A DNA stretch of 64,000 nucleotides from Octopus bimaculoides (taxonomy: Eukaryota). Numbering within the stretch: the first letter of the stretch is position 1; each line of letters opens with the position of its first letter. Shown piece after piece: positions 62,422 through 64,000 of the stretch. A program made the position numbers and the translations under genes. The notes beneath the pieces were generated by a model that did not search any database, had not been told where the DNA came from, and was given only the letters and a program-made list of their open reading frames with translations. Where the stretch lies: the NCBI RefSeq assembly GCF_001194135.2, contig NC_068984.1, positions 120,033,879 to 120,097,878 on the forward strand. Direction: 5' to 3'.

Positions 62422-63685
62422 TACATGCACATACATATATATGTATATATATATGTGTGTGTGAATGCATACATATACATACACATATATATGTATGTAT
62501 GTTTGTATGTATATATCTTTGCCAGACAATAAATCTGTTAGATGGTAGACAGTAATGGATCTCACTAAATGACGTTTTAATACCTTTAATATTAATCAAC
62601 AACATTTGCCCATTAACCACCCTACAAACACCATTACTGCCGTTACTATCACCATAGAATTATAGCTATGAAAAACCATCGTTACCAATATCATCTTCAT
62701 TATCTTGTAATCGTTATCTCATCCCTATCATCAACATCATCCTCCTTCTCACCTATCCAACACCTATATCATCATCAACATCATCATCATCATGGTCCTA
62801 CCCCAGCAGCAGCAGCAGCAGCTTCATTATTGTTTTCTTCCCTATTATCATCAACATCTTAGCCATGAGTCAACATGAATGCTTCTAACCTCTATGTGGT
62901 TGTTTGATCTGCCAGAAATAGCATTCAAATCTTTCTTATATCAAAGCCTACTATCTTAAAAAGTGAATGAATGACACGTCTGATAATATACTCCGAGGGA
63001 CATTATGTCTGGAAAAAAAAAAGATCATTGCTGGAATACCTTTCATCATCGGTCAATTCAATGAGGAGAACAGCAACAATAGCATCAACATCTTAATGAC
63101 CGTCATATCTCCACATGGATCCTCTCTTGTCTTCAATACTACAGCAAATCGTTGCTGTCAAATGAGCAAAAGAAAACTTGTATGTGATCACTGAACCTGA
63201 CAGAAAGAGCAGTCAACTTTCCTTTAAACACATACTACTATCATGAAAAAATACCAAAAAGGATGGGGTATATTGGATGCTGTAGTTCCAGATACACCAA
63301 ATGATGGGATGCCCAGGCTTTTGATCATAAAATTTACAATAAACCAAAAGCTTTTGATCATGAGCCTACTTATTTAAAGTAAATCTGAAATATTTATTCA
63401 TAAATCTGTTTAATTACAGCCAGCTTGAGGCTTTTGATTACGATCCTGTTGAGGTAAAATCATTGAGGTTTAACAAATAAGTAGAAACAGGAAAACAGAT
63501 TAGAGGGTTAGCAAATTAAAATGGGTGATCTGGAAAGGCATTGCAACAAATGCATTACTGGCATAATGGCCCCCAATCACTTCTTTGAAATGAAGCATGA
63601 AGGATGCATTGTCAGAACTATGATACATGCTCTCAGACATGAGGGAGAGAAAGCCATTTGATGAATATGAATCTTTAGTCACCTA

Positions 63686-64000
63686 GTCACCTACCGCTCC
63701 GGCAGACACTCTAGCCAAATCGACTACATCCTCGCCAGAAATAGGGAAAGAGGGCGGCTTATAAATGCCAAAACCTACCCTGGCGAAGAATGTACCCCAC
63801 AACATAGATTAGTAGTTAGCGACTTTGGGATTAAGGCAAAATGGGTGCCCAGAATTAGACAGGCTTGGAGAAGAAGGGTGTGGAAGCTTAAAGACCCTGC
63901 AAACGGACAGAGACTTAGAGACAAGTTACTTGAAGCATTTAACGAAATAGAAGGGGATATAGCATCATACAACGTGGAAGACAATTGGAGATTTCTGCGG
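63686..64000 (+). mobile_element. RTE LINE fragment (APE C-terminus), runs off the window end
   Basis: HLVTYRSGRHSSQIDYILARNRER...EECTPQHRLVVSDF...RVWKLKDPANGQR; same family as 60843-61637. Confidence 0.9.

Noticed and set aside
63300-63445. Three gcttttgat(c/t)a motifs suggesting an AFD repeat peptide
   Set aside because: Upstream in-frame stop, and joining them needs an implausibly short 41-nt intron

Overview
AT-rich metazoan intronic or intergenic DNA, saturated with repeats and containing two assembly gaps. The SINE families, (TA)n/(CA)n/(GAT)n microsatellites and repeat mix look like an octopus genome; this is recognition, not a database result. No intact protein-coding gene or convincing host exon chain can be supported. 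Identifiable content is transposon-derived: three Penelope-like element (PLE) remnants (one with an RT+GIY-YIG frame broken by only a few lesions), RTE, CR1-like, Ingi/Vingi-like and R4/Dong-like LINE fragments, a Gypsy gag fragment, several Tc1/mariner remnants, a Helitron with both termini and 23-aa STPR-type repeats, a second STPR-type fragment, a Helentron-type HINE, dozens of SINEs and a 24-bp minisatellite. The most interesting signals are a set of minimal type I hammerhead ribozyme motifs (best at 20192-20275) and a frameshifted Myb/SANT-trihelix ORF that abuts a mariner transposase one base out of frame (54020-55370). Several weak candidate exons and microexons are listed as findings only. 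Repeat boundaries are approximate unless a terminus or TSD is quoted.
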